This document shows, in pieces, positions 19,449 through 27,869 of a stretch of 64,000 bases of DNA. The stretch comes from Patescibacteria group bacterium. GTDB lineage: Bacteria; Patescibacteriota; Minisyncoccia; Phycocordibacterales; Phycocordibacteraceae. The DNA lies in assembly GCA_038064495.1 (NCBI GenBank), contig JBBTSZ010000002.1, positions 216,934 through 280,933 on the forward strand, read 5' to 3'. Position numbers and translations under genes: made by a program. Below the pieces are notes generated by a model. The model made no database searches and was not told the DNA's origin. It worked only from the letters and a program-made list of their open reading frames with translations. Position 1 is the stretch's first letter, and each line of letters starts with the position of its first letter.

Positions 19449-20747
19449 ATGAAGCCCTTTCAAATAATCACCATTTCTGTCTTCGCTCTGCTCGCGCTTG
19501 TGGGCCTCTTTCTCTTTGCCACCTTTAAAGGATTCGGCGGAGCAAAACCACTCGGAAATGTGATGATATGGGGAACACTCTCCGCTGATGCACTGCAGCC
19601 AGCACTCAACGAACTGAAACGAAATCACAAAGAGTTTGATAAGGTCGCTTATCTTGAACGAAACGAGAGCACGTTTGATGCTGACCTTGCCGAAGCAATT
19701 GCTTCAGGTACGGGTCCCGATATGATTATCATTACGCAGGAACAACTAACGGCAGAAATACCAAAGCTGTCCATTATTCCCTACGCTACGATTCCAGAGC
19801 GCACCTATCGCGATACCTACGTACCTATATATGAACTCTTCCTGGATCGTAATGGTACGTTTGGTGTTCCATTTGTCGTTGACCCGCTCGTCCTCTATTA
19901 CAACCGCACCCTACTCGCAAGTGGTGGTCTTGCACAACCACCAACAACCTGGGAAGCAGTCGTCGGACTCGCTCCCACGTTAACGAGAAAGAGTGATACC
20001 GGAGTCGTGAGCAGAAGCACCGTTGCTTTTGGCACGTATGAGAACATTCCAAACGCCAGAGCCATTATTTCCTTGCTTCTACTGCAATCGGGAAGTCAAA
20101 TAACCACCTACGGCACGCTCGGCATCACCGGCGCACTTGCTTCGGGTGGCTCTTCCGCTGCTTACAGCCTTTCTCCAGCTGAGTCAGCCGTCAGTTTCTA
20201 CACCCAGTTCGCTGATCCCGCTAAGGTGGTCTACTCGTGGAACCGCTCTCTCCCAAGCGCTCGCCAAGCATTCACTTCAGGGGACTCCGTGTTCTATGTG
20301 GGATTTGCCTCTGAAGCAGCCTTACTCAAAGCGACAAACCCAAATCTAGACTTTGATATGGCTCCGGTGCCTCAGCCTCAGACCGCACAAACAAAGACCG
20401 ACTATGGACTCGCCTATGCGTTCGCCATTCCAAAAGCCGCCAGTAATCCTGACGGTGCGTACAAGACCGCCCAGGCCTTAACGGCGAAGGATGAACTCTA
20501 CATTATTGCCGGATCGCTTGGCATGGCCCCTGCAAAGCGTGCCTTTCTGACGCCACAAACAAACGATATTTTTGCTTCGGTGTATTACCCAATGGCGATT
20601 ATAGCGAAAGGATGGCTGTCCCCAACGCCAGGCGTAACCGACGCAATTTTCACTGCTATGATTACGGATGTGATAAGCGGTCGCTCAAACGTGCATGATG
20701 CCATTAAGCGGGCAGATGATGCGCTCTCCGCCGCGTTTTCTCACTAA
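19449..20747 (+). CDS. membrane-anchored extracellular solute-binding protein (sugar-binding family 1-like)
   Basis: N-terminal TM, GTGPDM, GVPFVVDPLVLYYN, PPTTWE. Confidence 0.8.
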   Translation: MKPFQIITISVFALLALVGLFLFATFKGFGGAKPLGNVMIWGTLSADALQPALNELKRNHKEFDKVAYLERNESTFDADLAEAIASGTGPDMIIITQEQLTAEIPKLSIIPYATIPERTYRDTYVPIYELFLDRNGTFGVPFVVDPLVLYYNRTLLASGGLAQPPTTWEAVVGLAPTLTRKSDTGVVSRSTVAFGTYENIPNARAIISLLLLQSGSQITTYGTLGITGALASGGSSAAYSLSPAESAVSFYTQFADPAKVVYSWNRSLPSARQAFTSGDSVFYVGFASEAALLKATNPNLDFDMAPVPQPQTAQTKTDYGLAYAFAIPKAASNPDGAYKTAQALTAKDELYIIAGSLGMAPAKRAFLTPQTNDIFASVYYPMAIIAKGWLSPTPGVTDAIFTAMITDVISGRSNVHDAIKRADDALSAAFSH

Positions 20748-20750
20748 ACT

Positions 20751-21266
20751 ATGCAAATTAAATGGCAAGAAGCCACCTCACTCATTCCACTTTTGCTCTT
20801 AGGTTTATGTAGCTTTACGTTTTCGGCTCAGGCTGCGGCAACAATTCCAGGCGTAATCTTTGAGAATGATCCTCCAGCGAAGACAACGGTTCTTCTGCCG
20901 TCTGCATCAACTCCCGCACCAACAAAACCAGCTACGCCAGGTGCAACTGGAGCCACTTCTCCGGGCGCGGCAACTGGCCAGACATCAACTCAGTCTGGTT
21001 CGCCAACAGGTCTCCAAAATCCGCTTCAGGCAGGAACACTTGAAGAGCTTCTTACTGCGATTCTTAAGGGCGTTGTAGCGATTGGTGCCATATTCCTTAC
21101 CTTTATGATTATCTATGTCGGCTTCCTCTTTGTAGCTGCGCGCGGGAACGAAGAAAAAATACGTGATGCGCGTCAAGCACTTGTCTGGACCGTGATTGGA
21201 GGACTCCTTTTGCTTGGTGCTGAAGCCATAAGTCTGGTCATTCAGTCTACGGCGCAAACGTTATGA
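20751..21266 (+). CDS. VirB2/TrbC-like pilin family protein with Pro/Thr-rich N-terminal linker
   Basis: LQNPL...IIYVGFLFVAARGNEEKIRDARQALVWTVIG. Confidence 0.75.
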   Translation: MQIKWQEATSLIPLLLLGLCSFTFSAQAAATIPGVIFENDPPAKTTVLLPSASTPAPTKPATPGATGATSPGAATGQTSTQSGSPTGLQNPLQAGTLEELLTAILKGVVAIGAIFLTFMIIYVGFLFVAARGNEEKIRDARQALVWTVIGGLLLLGAEAISLVIQSTAQTL

Positions 21267-21589
21267 GCCCCTTCACAAGACTGTTTTCGCTGCTTCCCGC
21301 ATTTCTGTTCGTACTCATTCCACTGCACAGCGCTTTTGCGGCAACTCCCACGTTTGAAGAGTGGGTAAATAACACTGCAGTTGGATTCGTTGATTCCTAT
21401 GTGATACCGCTCCTCTACGCAGTTGCGTTCCTTGTTTTTATGTTCGGTGCCTTTCGCTACTTCTTTACCGGCGGGGAGGAAAACAGGGAAAAGGGACGTG
21501 CTTTTCTCCTTTGGTCCATTATCGGCATGGTCGCAATATTTTCCGTGTGGGGCGTCGTGAATCTACTCCTTACTGCTCTTCCGCAGTAA
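21263..21589 (+). CDS. VirB2/TrbC-like pilin family protein
   Basis: signal peptide (AFA), FGAFRY..EENREKG..LWSIIG..SVWG. Confidence 0.75.
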   Translation: MSPFTRLFSLLPAFLFVLIPLHSAFAATPTFEEWVNNTAVGFVDSYVIPLLYAVAFLVFMFGAFRYFFTGGEENREKGRAFLLWSIIGMVAIFSVWGVVNLLLTALPQ

Positions 21590-21638
21590 CGTGTATAACT
21601 GCTTGATTCACGCCAAGCGCTTGCTAGGCTTCATCTAT

Positions 21639-22319
21639 ATGACACATTTCCGTACCCTACTCACCGGCATTTCAGCTGTGGCGCTTCTGTTTATCGTTAA
21701 CGTTCCGCATGCCCTTGCACAAACAGCAACCAATAGCTCAGCACCCATAGACCAGCTGGGTCAATTCTTACAACAGTTCATTCGCTTTTTTGACCTCTAT
21801 CTGGTCCCGCTCATATTTGCACTCGCCTTCATCGTGTTCTTGTGGGGCGTCTATCGGTACCTCATTCTTGGTGCTGACAACGAGGAGAAACGTCAGGAGG
21901 GTCAAAAGTTCATCATGTATGGCCTTATCGGTTTCTTCATCATGATTTCAATTTGGGGGATTGTTAATTTACTTGTCGGTTCGCTTGGTTTCGGAAATGA
22001 TCAGCGTCCCAATCTTCCGACCTTCGGTTCACCCTCTCAATCAGGAAGTAACGGTTCAAAGATTCTTCCAAGCAGTCCGTCAGTAAACACGACTGGATCT
22101 GCCAATACGAGCGGAGGTTCTGTTACCCCGGGAAACACGTCTACAGACTGTCGTTCTGACGGTGTGTGTCCTGCTAACACCGTTTGTTCGTTTAGCGGTA
22201 CGCAAGCAGGGCAATGTATAACCACGAACCCTCAAGATTGTCGTCTTCCGAACACAGCCTGTCCTTCAGGATACGTGTGTAACGCAAACAATGGTCTCTG
22301 TAAATTGAATTCAATATAG
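21639..22319 (+). CDS. pilin-like protein with C-terminal Ser/Gly linker and two Cys-rich repeats
   Basis: WGVYRY..EEKRQEG..YGLIG..SIWG; DCRSDGVCPANTVC and DCRLPNTACPSGYVC. Confidence 0.75.
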   Translation: MTHFRTLLTGISAVALLFIVNVPHALAQTATNSSAPIDQLGQFLQQFIRFFDLYLVPLIFALAFIVFLWGVYRYLILGADNEEKRQEGQKFIMYGLIGFFIMISIWGIVNLLVGSLGFGNDQRPNLPTFGSPSQSGSNGSKILPSSPSVNTTGSANTSGGSVTPGNTSTDCRSDGVCPANTVCSFSGTQAGQCITTNPQDCRLPNTACPSGYVCNANNGLCKLNSI

Positions 22320-22415
22320 AAACTGTTGTCCACAAAGCGAAAACGAGCCAATTGACGGAGGGGTGAGAATCGCTATGCTTAGAGGGAACCTACGTGGTTA
22401 TACTAATTACCTTAT

Positions 22416-22775
22416 ATGAAGAAACTCGGCTACACTCTCGCAGCTTTTGCCACGCCTTTTCTTGCGTTTGCACAGGTGCAAACCATTAATGACGCAGGTA
22501 GAATCGTGATTGATATCATTAACAATGTTGCGGTACCTATCGTATTCGCACTCGCCTTCATCGTCTTTATCTGGGGTATCTTTCGATACTTCGTTCAAGG
22601 AGGACACGACGAGGAAAAACGTGAAGACGGTAAGCAGCTCATGCTCTGGGGCCTCATTGGTTTCTTTGTCATGGTCTCGGTGTGGGGCTTAATCCACATC
22701 CTCATTGGAACCTTCAACTTGAACCCAGCTATTCCAAATTATCCAACCGCACCGTATACCACGAAAGGACGCTAG
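22416..22775 (+). CDS. VirB2/TrbC-like pilin family protein
   Basis: AFAQ signal, WGIFRY..EEKREDG..WGLIG..SVWG. Confidence 0.78.
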   Translation: MKKLGYTLAAFATPFLAFAQVQTINDAGRIVIDIINNVAVPIVFALAFIVFIWGIFRYFVQGGHDEEKREDGKQLMLWGLIGFFVMVSVWGLIHILIGTFNLNPAIPNYPTAPYTTKGR

Positions 22776-22841
22776 TTTCCTATAGCACTCTCCTTGGAAA
22801 CCCGCGCAATCCTTGCGCGGGTTTCTGCTATGATAGAGAGC

Positions 22842-23099
22842 ATGAATACAGAATTCAACGCATTTCTCGGTAAAGTTGAACAGGCTATTTTGAACCCACT
22901 CATCACGCTTTTGATACTGGCCGCGTTCGTGCTCTTTGTATATGGGGTCGTTGAATTCATTGCTGGAGCGGGAAATGATGAAAAAAGAAAGATAGGTCAG
23001 CAACATATGATATGGGGCTTCATTGGACTTGCCATTATGTTTGGTGCTAAAGGCATTGTGGCGCTTCTTGCAAGTACGTTTGGCGTTCCGGTCCCCTAG
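22842..23099 (+). CDS. VirB2/TrbC-like pilin family protein without signal peptide
   Basis: YGVVEF..DEKRKIGQQHMIWGFIG; TGCTATGAT 7 nt upstream. Confidence 0.72.
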   Translation: MNTEFNAFLGKVEQAILNPLITLLILAAFVLFVYGVVEFIAGAGNDEKRKIGQQHMIWGFIGLAIMFGAKGIVALLASTFGVPVP

Positions 23100-23156
23100 T
23101 ACATACAAAAAGGGTCCAATACGCGCGAGGCATACTGGACCCTTGAAAGGTACAAA

Positions 23157-23792
23157 TTAGAGCGAAGGACAAGGTGTACTACATTCGCTCGCTTCTTTTC
23201 TGAAACACACACGGGTCGTAAAGGCCTGCTCGTCCGCCGAACTGAAACGCTCGGCACTCATGTCAGGAACTTTACCCTCTGGTTTTGGAAACCAGTGAGA
23301 TTCATCCATGTCATGAAAACGACGATCCCGATAGCTCACGCTAATTTGCGATGGTGATGCGTTATCAACGCACATTGCATATCCGGGAACACCCTCAACG
23401 ACATCTGAGTACGTTCCGCGTGCAGGCACAAGGAGCAAACGCGTTGGTGGTGGAACCACCTCCGCAACTCTCTGGCCCGACGTTGACGGTACAGAGTGTC
23501 TGCTCGCCGTTAGCTCGCTAATCAACTGCTGTCCCTGGGGTTGCGTAAGGATAAACCAAATCGCAAATCCAAGGAGGGCAAGCACCACGAATTTCGAGGC
23601 ATTCATCCCGGAGGATGAATGCCCTCCACTTTCTCGACGCTGCACAACCGTTGGTGCAGGTGGAGTACTTGCCGAGACAGTTACTGCCTTCGGCTTCCTC
23701 CACCAGCCAAGTGCCCACCATCCGAATAAACCGATGACGAGCAGGAAGGCAAGCAAGGCAAGGTTACCGTTTGTTGCGGAAAACGCCGTCAT
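23157..23792 (-). CDS. hypothetical membrane protein (2 TM plus extracytoplasmic domain)
   Basis: ATGA-coupled to the SPFH gene. Confidence 0.7.
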   Translation of the reverse strand: MTAFSATNGNLALLAFLLVIGLFGWWALGWWRKPKAVTVSASTPPAPTVVQRRESGGHSSSGMNASKFVVLALLGFAIWFILTQPQGQQLISELTASRHSVPSTSGQRVAEVVPPPTRLLLVPARGTYSDVVEGVPGYAMCVDNASPSQISVSYRDRRFHDMDESHWFPKPEGKVPDMSAERFSSADEQAFTTRVCFRKEASECSTPCPSL

Positions 23793-25198
23793 CTTTTTTC
23801 TCCTACTGGCTCAGGCTTCTCTGTTGCTCCCTCCGTTTTCAGGCCGAGACCAAAGAGTTTCCCAATGCTTGCGGCCTGCATGAGGCCACCGTCACCGAGA
23901 ATGGTCGCGTTTGCGCCCGGAATCGTTGCACGCGCAGTTTCAGCTGCGAGCACCTCGGAACCGTCCACGCTGATTGCTTCCATCATTTCCTTCATGCCTT
24001 CAGCTCGGCCCCGAAGGGGACCAGCTGCTTCTGCTCGGAGCGCCTTGCCCTTTGCTTCACCGACAACGACAATTGCATCAGCATCTGCCTTCGCAGCAGT
24101 CACCTTTGCAGTCGCCAGAAACGGAGCCATGGCTGCGTCACGTTGTGCCTTCGCGTATTCGTGCGACGGATTGATCTTCGTGACGTCAGCGTCGATGACC
24201 TGGATTCCCCAATTGAGGGTACGAGCACGGATGTGGTCATCCAAATGCTCGTTCAACTGGGCAAGCCCCGAAATGATGCCGTTGTAGTCCTTAGAAGCAA
24301 AGTCTTCGTTCAGGACTGCGAGTGACATCTTTTCGAGTTGACTTCGCGCTTCAGCAATCGTGCCAACGTTCGCAATGAACGTAGCAAGGTCAACAATTCG
24401 CCAAAAGACGAACCATATGACCCCAACAGACATTTGTGCCTGGCTCGAGCCATTATCGACGGTAAAACTCGTGTTGATAAACACTGGCTTCACCATGCCT
24501 TTCGGCGCTGGTATTTTTTCGTCGTTCCAATCAATGATGTCAGGTGGACCTGGCATATAGAACTCTTGCAAATCGCGGGGACCGCGCTTCAGGGTCAAAA
24601 TACCAGGAGGAACGAAGTGTGGACCCGCTCCAGTGTTCTTGAGTGCAATATCGTAGAAGTAGAACGAGGCAAGCTCGTTCGGCTTCACGACCCGAATGGA
24701 AAACGCCACATACAACAACGGGAAAAAGATAAACCAGAACCCGAGGTTGAAGTTGAGCGACCCGATAGTTCCTAGAATTGTGAACCAGGTCAGATACACG
24801 CCGAAGCTGATGCCGATAAGGGCGAACAGCATCGCTGTATTGATTTTGCGATATAGCGGCCTATTGAGTCGCACGAGGTCCATTTTTGGATTGGACTGGT
24901 CGCTTGCTTCAGGTGCAGAGTTCGTTGCCGAACCCTGATTCTGGAAGGCATTCTTCAAACGCCTCCCAGTCCATTTGGAAGCAGATGCGATTCCGCGACC
25001 AACCTTTGTTCCGGCGGCTCGGTAAAAGATGATACTCTTGCCGCCCCATTTTTTGATTTGTCTTCCAGTCCATTTTGCAGTGGACATTGCGCCACGCGCC
25101 AGTTGAGAACGAAATTTCCAACTTATTGCGCTGAACACAAGTCCAGCCAGAATCCAGACCATCCGTTCCATGGCCACATGAATGAATTGATCGAACAT
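23789..25198 (-). CDS. SPFH/band 7 (flotillin/HflK-like) membrane protein
   Basis: SIRVVKPNE, GPHFVPP, FWRIVD, WGIQVIDADV, Ala-rich coiled coil; GAGGAG SD. Confidence 0.8.
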   Translation of the reverse strand: MFDQFIHVAMERMVWILAGLVFSAISWKFRSQLARGAMSTAKWTGRQIKKWGGKSIIFYRAAGTKVGRGIASASKWTGRRLKNAFQNQGSATNSAPEASDQSNPKMDLVRLNRPLYRKINTAMLFALIGISFGVYLTWFTILGTIGSLNFNLGFWFIFFPLLYVAFSIRVVKPNELASFYFYDIALKNTGAGPHFVPPGILTLKRGPRDLQEFYMPGPPDIIDWNDEKIPAPKGMVKPVFINTSFTVDNGSSQAQMSVGVIWFVFWRIVDLATFIANVGTIAEARSQLEKMSLAVLNEDFASKDYNGIISGLAQLNEHLDDHIRARTLNWGIQVIDADVTKINPSHEYAKAQRDAAMAPFLATAKVTAAKADADAIVVVGEAKGKALRAEAAGPLRGRAEGMKEMMEAISVDGSEVLAAETARATIPGANATILGDGGLMQAASIGKLFGLGLKTEGATEKPEPVGEKR

Positions 25199-25359
25199 TT
25201 CAATACTCCTCTTGAGTGTGTATTTTCAAAATCCTTGTATCTAATGGGTAGAATACACCTAAATAGTGGTTTTGTCAAGTTCACGTAGCACAGAAGAACA
25301 CCGTATATAGTGACTATCTAGCTGTGCTACGGACAGATTTCTGATAGGATGCAGTTATT

Positions 25360-25441
25360 GCCCAGGTGGTGAAATTGGTATACACGCCTGCCTTAGGAGC
25401 AGGTCCCTTCGGGGGTGGAGGTTCAAGTCCTCTCCTGGGCA
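25360..25441 (+). tRNA. tRNA-Leu(TAG), CCA not encoded
   Basis: cloverleaf, CCTGC-CT-TAG-GA-GCAGG, long variable arm, GGTTCAAGTCC. Confidence 0.95.
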
Positions 25442-25523
25442 CACAAATAATAAAAACCCTGCAGAGGGGTTTTATTATTTAGGTTCCAGCTCGCACTACG
25501 TGGTCAGGAATATTTTCGCTCGT

Positions 25524-25699
25524 GGTCACAGATAATTTTCTGCTGAAAATTTCCGCGACCCCGCCTCAGCGCCGTCGCGCTTCCGGCTCGCACCTTGTGG
25601 TCACGAGTCACTAAGGACTTTGCTCCATGCATTCGCAAACTACTAAGTGCTCTCGACCCCGTCTCGGCACTTACTCCTGCCCCGCAGGCGTGCCTCCGA
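25524..25699 (-). repeat. two tandem copies of the tRNA-trailer structured motif (family 3)
   Basis: YCG-GA-hairpin-GAGR-CGG-GGTCG-hairpin-GTGACC at 25599-25699 and 25524-25586. Confidence 0.75.
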
Positions 25700-25740
25700 C
25701 CCGCACCAAAAGATAAAACCCCGTTAGGGGTTTTATCTTT

Positions 25741-25816
25741 TGGTGCGCCCACCTGGGCTCGAACCAGGGACCTTATCCTTAAGAGGGATCTGCTCTACCG
25801 ACTGAGCTATGGGCGC
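25741..25816 (-). tRNA. tRNA-Lys(CTT) with CCA
   Basis: GCGCCCATAGCTCAG...CT-CTT-AA...GGTTCGAGCCC...ACCA. Confidence 0.95.
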
Positions 25817-25882
25817 AAACTAACTCGCGTATCGGTACTACGCTATTCGCGATTATATAGTCTCCACCTCGTAGCGTCTAGG

Positions 25883-27040
25883 TCACTCCGCGTGTCGCTC
25901 AAGGTGGGAGGCAATGTGAGTCAGGACCACATACTCAGTCTCCTTATATTCAGAAGTACTCACCGTGCTTGCGATGTTACTTACTGAGTTTGCGTCCGTT
26001 GGAACGCGTGAGATGGCAACGACCGGGTCACCGATCGTAACATTTGGCACGTTTGATACATCGATACTCGTCATATTCATAGACACTCGTCCAACAATGG
26101 GACAGATGATTCCTTTAACGAGCATGGAGCCTTTGTTTGAAAGTCTACGGTCAATGCCTTCGTAGTAGCCAACGGGCACGGTGGCAACCTTCATATCGCT
26201 TCCAGTGGTGTACGTTGCGTTGTAACCAATTTTATCTCCCTCTGGAACGATGCGCAGTGAACTGATAAGTGAACGCACTTCAAGTACGGGTTTGAGTGGT
26301 GCACCTTGTGCTGGAGAAGTGTCAAAGCCATAAAGACCAATTCCAAGACGGACGATGTTTGTATCAGTCTCTGTTGCGAAGCGAACACCTTTCGTGGCAG
26401 CGATATGTTTCTCGGTGAGTGTAGGGAAGGCACTCATGAGTTCCGAGACCCCTTCCTTCCACACCTTGGTTTGGCTCGTCGTCACCGTCTCATCTTTTCC
26501 GTCTGCGTCTGCGAAGTGGGAACACACTCCAACGAGTTCAAGAAGTGGCTGGCCCTTCAGCGCATCCTCAGCATAAGAAAGTTCAGAGAGAGTAATTCCC
26601 TGCCGATGCATCCCGGTATCAAGCTTCAGATGGACACGAATAGGGCGCCTCGCAAGTGACGCGACTTTTTGCACCTGCGCGAGATCAACAAGGGTGAAAT
26701 CAACATGGGGAAGCCGACTTCGGGCGATATCCTCGGGCCGTACGTACCCCATAACGAGAATGCGTGAGCGGATACCATGACGCCGAAGGCGGAGCGCTTC
26801 GTAGTAGGAATCAACCACAAAGAAAGCGATGCGCTCCCTGTCTAAAAGACGAGCAACCGTTCCTATATCATGTCCGTAGGCGTTTGATTTAAGTACCGGA
26901 GCAAACGTAATTCCCGGATAGCGTTCCTGATACGTATGCAAATTATGAAGGAGATTTTCTTTTGAAATACCGACCTCAATCAAAGGTGTATAGCCGGTAA
27001 GTTTCCGGCGGATTTTTCGAAGTACAGTACGAAAAGACAT
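25883..27040 (-). CDS. alr: alanine racemase
   Basis: PVLKSNAYGH, HLKLDTGMHRQG, SHFA, VRLGIGLYG, IGY, VGRVSMN. Confidence 0.95.
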   Translation of the reverse strand: MSFRTVLRKIRRKLTGYTPLIEVGISKENLLHNLHTYQERYPGITFAPVLKSNAYGHDIGTVARLLDRERIAFFVVDSYYEALRLRRHGIRSRILVMGYVRPEDIARSRLPHVDFTLVDLAQVQKVASLARRPIRVHLKLDTGMHRQGITLSELSYAEDALKGQPLLELVGVCSHFADADGKDETVTTSQTKVWKEGVSELMSAFPTLTEKHIAATKGVRFATETDTNIVRLGIGLYGFDTSPAQGAPLKPVLEVRSLISSLRIVPEGDKIGYNATYTTGSDMKVATVPVGYYEGIDRRLSNKGSMLVKGIICPIVGRVSMNMTSIDVSNVPNVTIGDPVVAISRVPTDANSVSNIASTVSTSEYKETEYVVLTHIASHLERHAE

Positions 27041-27042
27041 AT

Positions 27043-27128
27043 TGGTACCGGGGGCGGGACTCGAACCCACACGACATCGCTGTCTGAGGTGTTTAAGACC
27101 TCTATGTCTACCATTCCATCACCCCGGC
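27043..27128 (-). tRNA. tRNA-Leu(TAA) with CCA
   Basis: GAGGT-CT-TAA-AC-ACCTC, long variable arm. Confidence 0.93.
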
Positions 27129-27154
27129 GTACGATATGACGATATCACAAATTG

Positions 27155-27326
27155 GAGGCCCGAGCGGGATCGTGAGTACACTATCGGTCACAACTCTCAG
27201 TTCGTCGTCACTCACCTCGGTCGCGACCCCGCCTCGCGGTTTGACGTACTCGCCAAACATCGCTCCGGCTTACGATTCCCTGTCACTGCGTACGCAATGA
27301 CACCGTGCCTCTATTCGAGGATTCTA
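27155..27326 (-). mobile_element. 172-bp insertion at the tRNA-Cys 3' end with 15-bp duplication; contains a family-3 motif
   Basis: GAGGCCCGAGCGGGA at 27155-27169 and 27327-27341; motif at 27186-27268. Confidence 0.65.
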
Positions 27327-27327
27327 G

Positions 27328-27399
27328 AGGCCCGAGCGGGAATCGCACCCGCGCATCGAGGATTTGCAGTCCCCTGCGTTACTACTTCGCCATCGGGCC
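27328..27399 (-). tRNA. tRNA-Cys(GCA)
   Basis: GGCCCGA/TCGGGCC acceptor, U discriminator, CT-GCA-AA loop; atypical TGCGATT T-loop and AG in D-loop. Confidence 0.85.
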
Positions 27400-27421
27400 G
27401 AACTTTAGAATAGTAGCGCGA

Positions 27422-27745
27422 CTAGACGTCTTTGGAAATTTCGTCCAGGCGCTGTCGATTCTGTTCGCCAATGTCTGCCTCAAACTTGATGAACGGAAGC
27501 ATAGAGAAGCGACCATGCTTTTTGAGATACTCGCGGAACTCGTTTACATTACGGTTGAGGAAGGCGAGTGCATGAGGCATCTCATCAGACGGAAACACGC
27601 TCACGTAGATGGTAGCGAACTTAGGGTTACGTCCAAAGACAACACGGGTGGGTGTGATAAGGGTAGAGCGACCCGCCTCGCGAGCAATAAACTCACCAGC
27701 AAGCATGGTGAGTTGGGAAGCTGCTTTTTCATCGCGAAGTGTCAT
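27422..27745 (-). CDS. rbfA: ribosome-binding factor A
   Basis: LITPTRV, ATIYVSVFP, PFIKFEAD; directly downstream of infB. Confidence 0.8.
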   Translation of the reverse strand: MTLRDEKAASQLTMLAGEFIAREAGRSTLITPTRVVFGRNPKFATIYVSVFPSDEMPHALAFLNRNVNEFREYLKKHGRFSMLPFIKFEADIGEQNRQRLDEISKDV

Positions 27746-27751
27746 ACGAGA

Positions 27752-27869
27752 GTGTGTTCAAAAATCTTCCCAGGCGCGGAGCGAACGAGGAACGGAGTGA
27801 GACGTATAGGTGATACGTTGAGCGAGTCCCGGAGTGAGCGACAAAGCATGGGGAGATTTTGGGACATAC
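27752..27869 (+). repeat. dispersed palindromic element family 1, copy E (divergent)
   Basis: GTGTGTTCAAAAATCT/AGATTTTGGGACATAC, AGGCGC...GCGACAAAGCA, CGTAT-N5-ATACG. Confidence 0.75.

Noticed and set aside
27328-27399. tRNA-Cys as a pseudogene
   Set aside because: All four stems pair and the GCA anticodon and U73 identity elements are intact; other tRNAs here also lack encoded CCA
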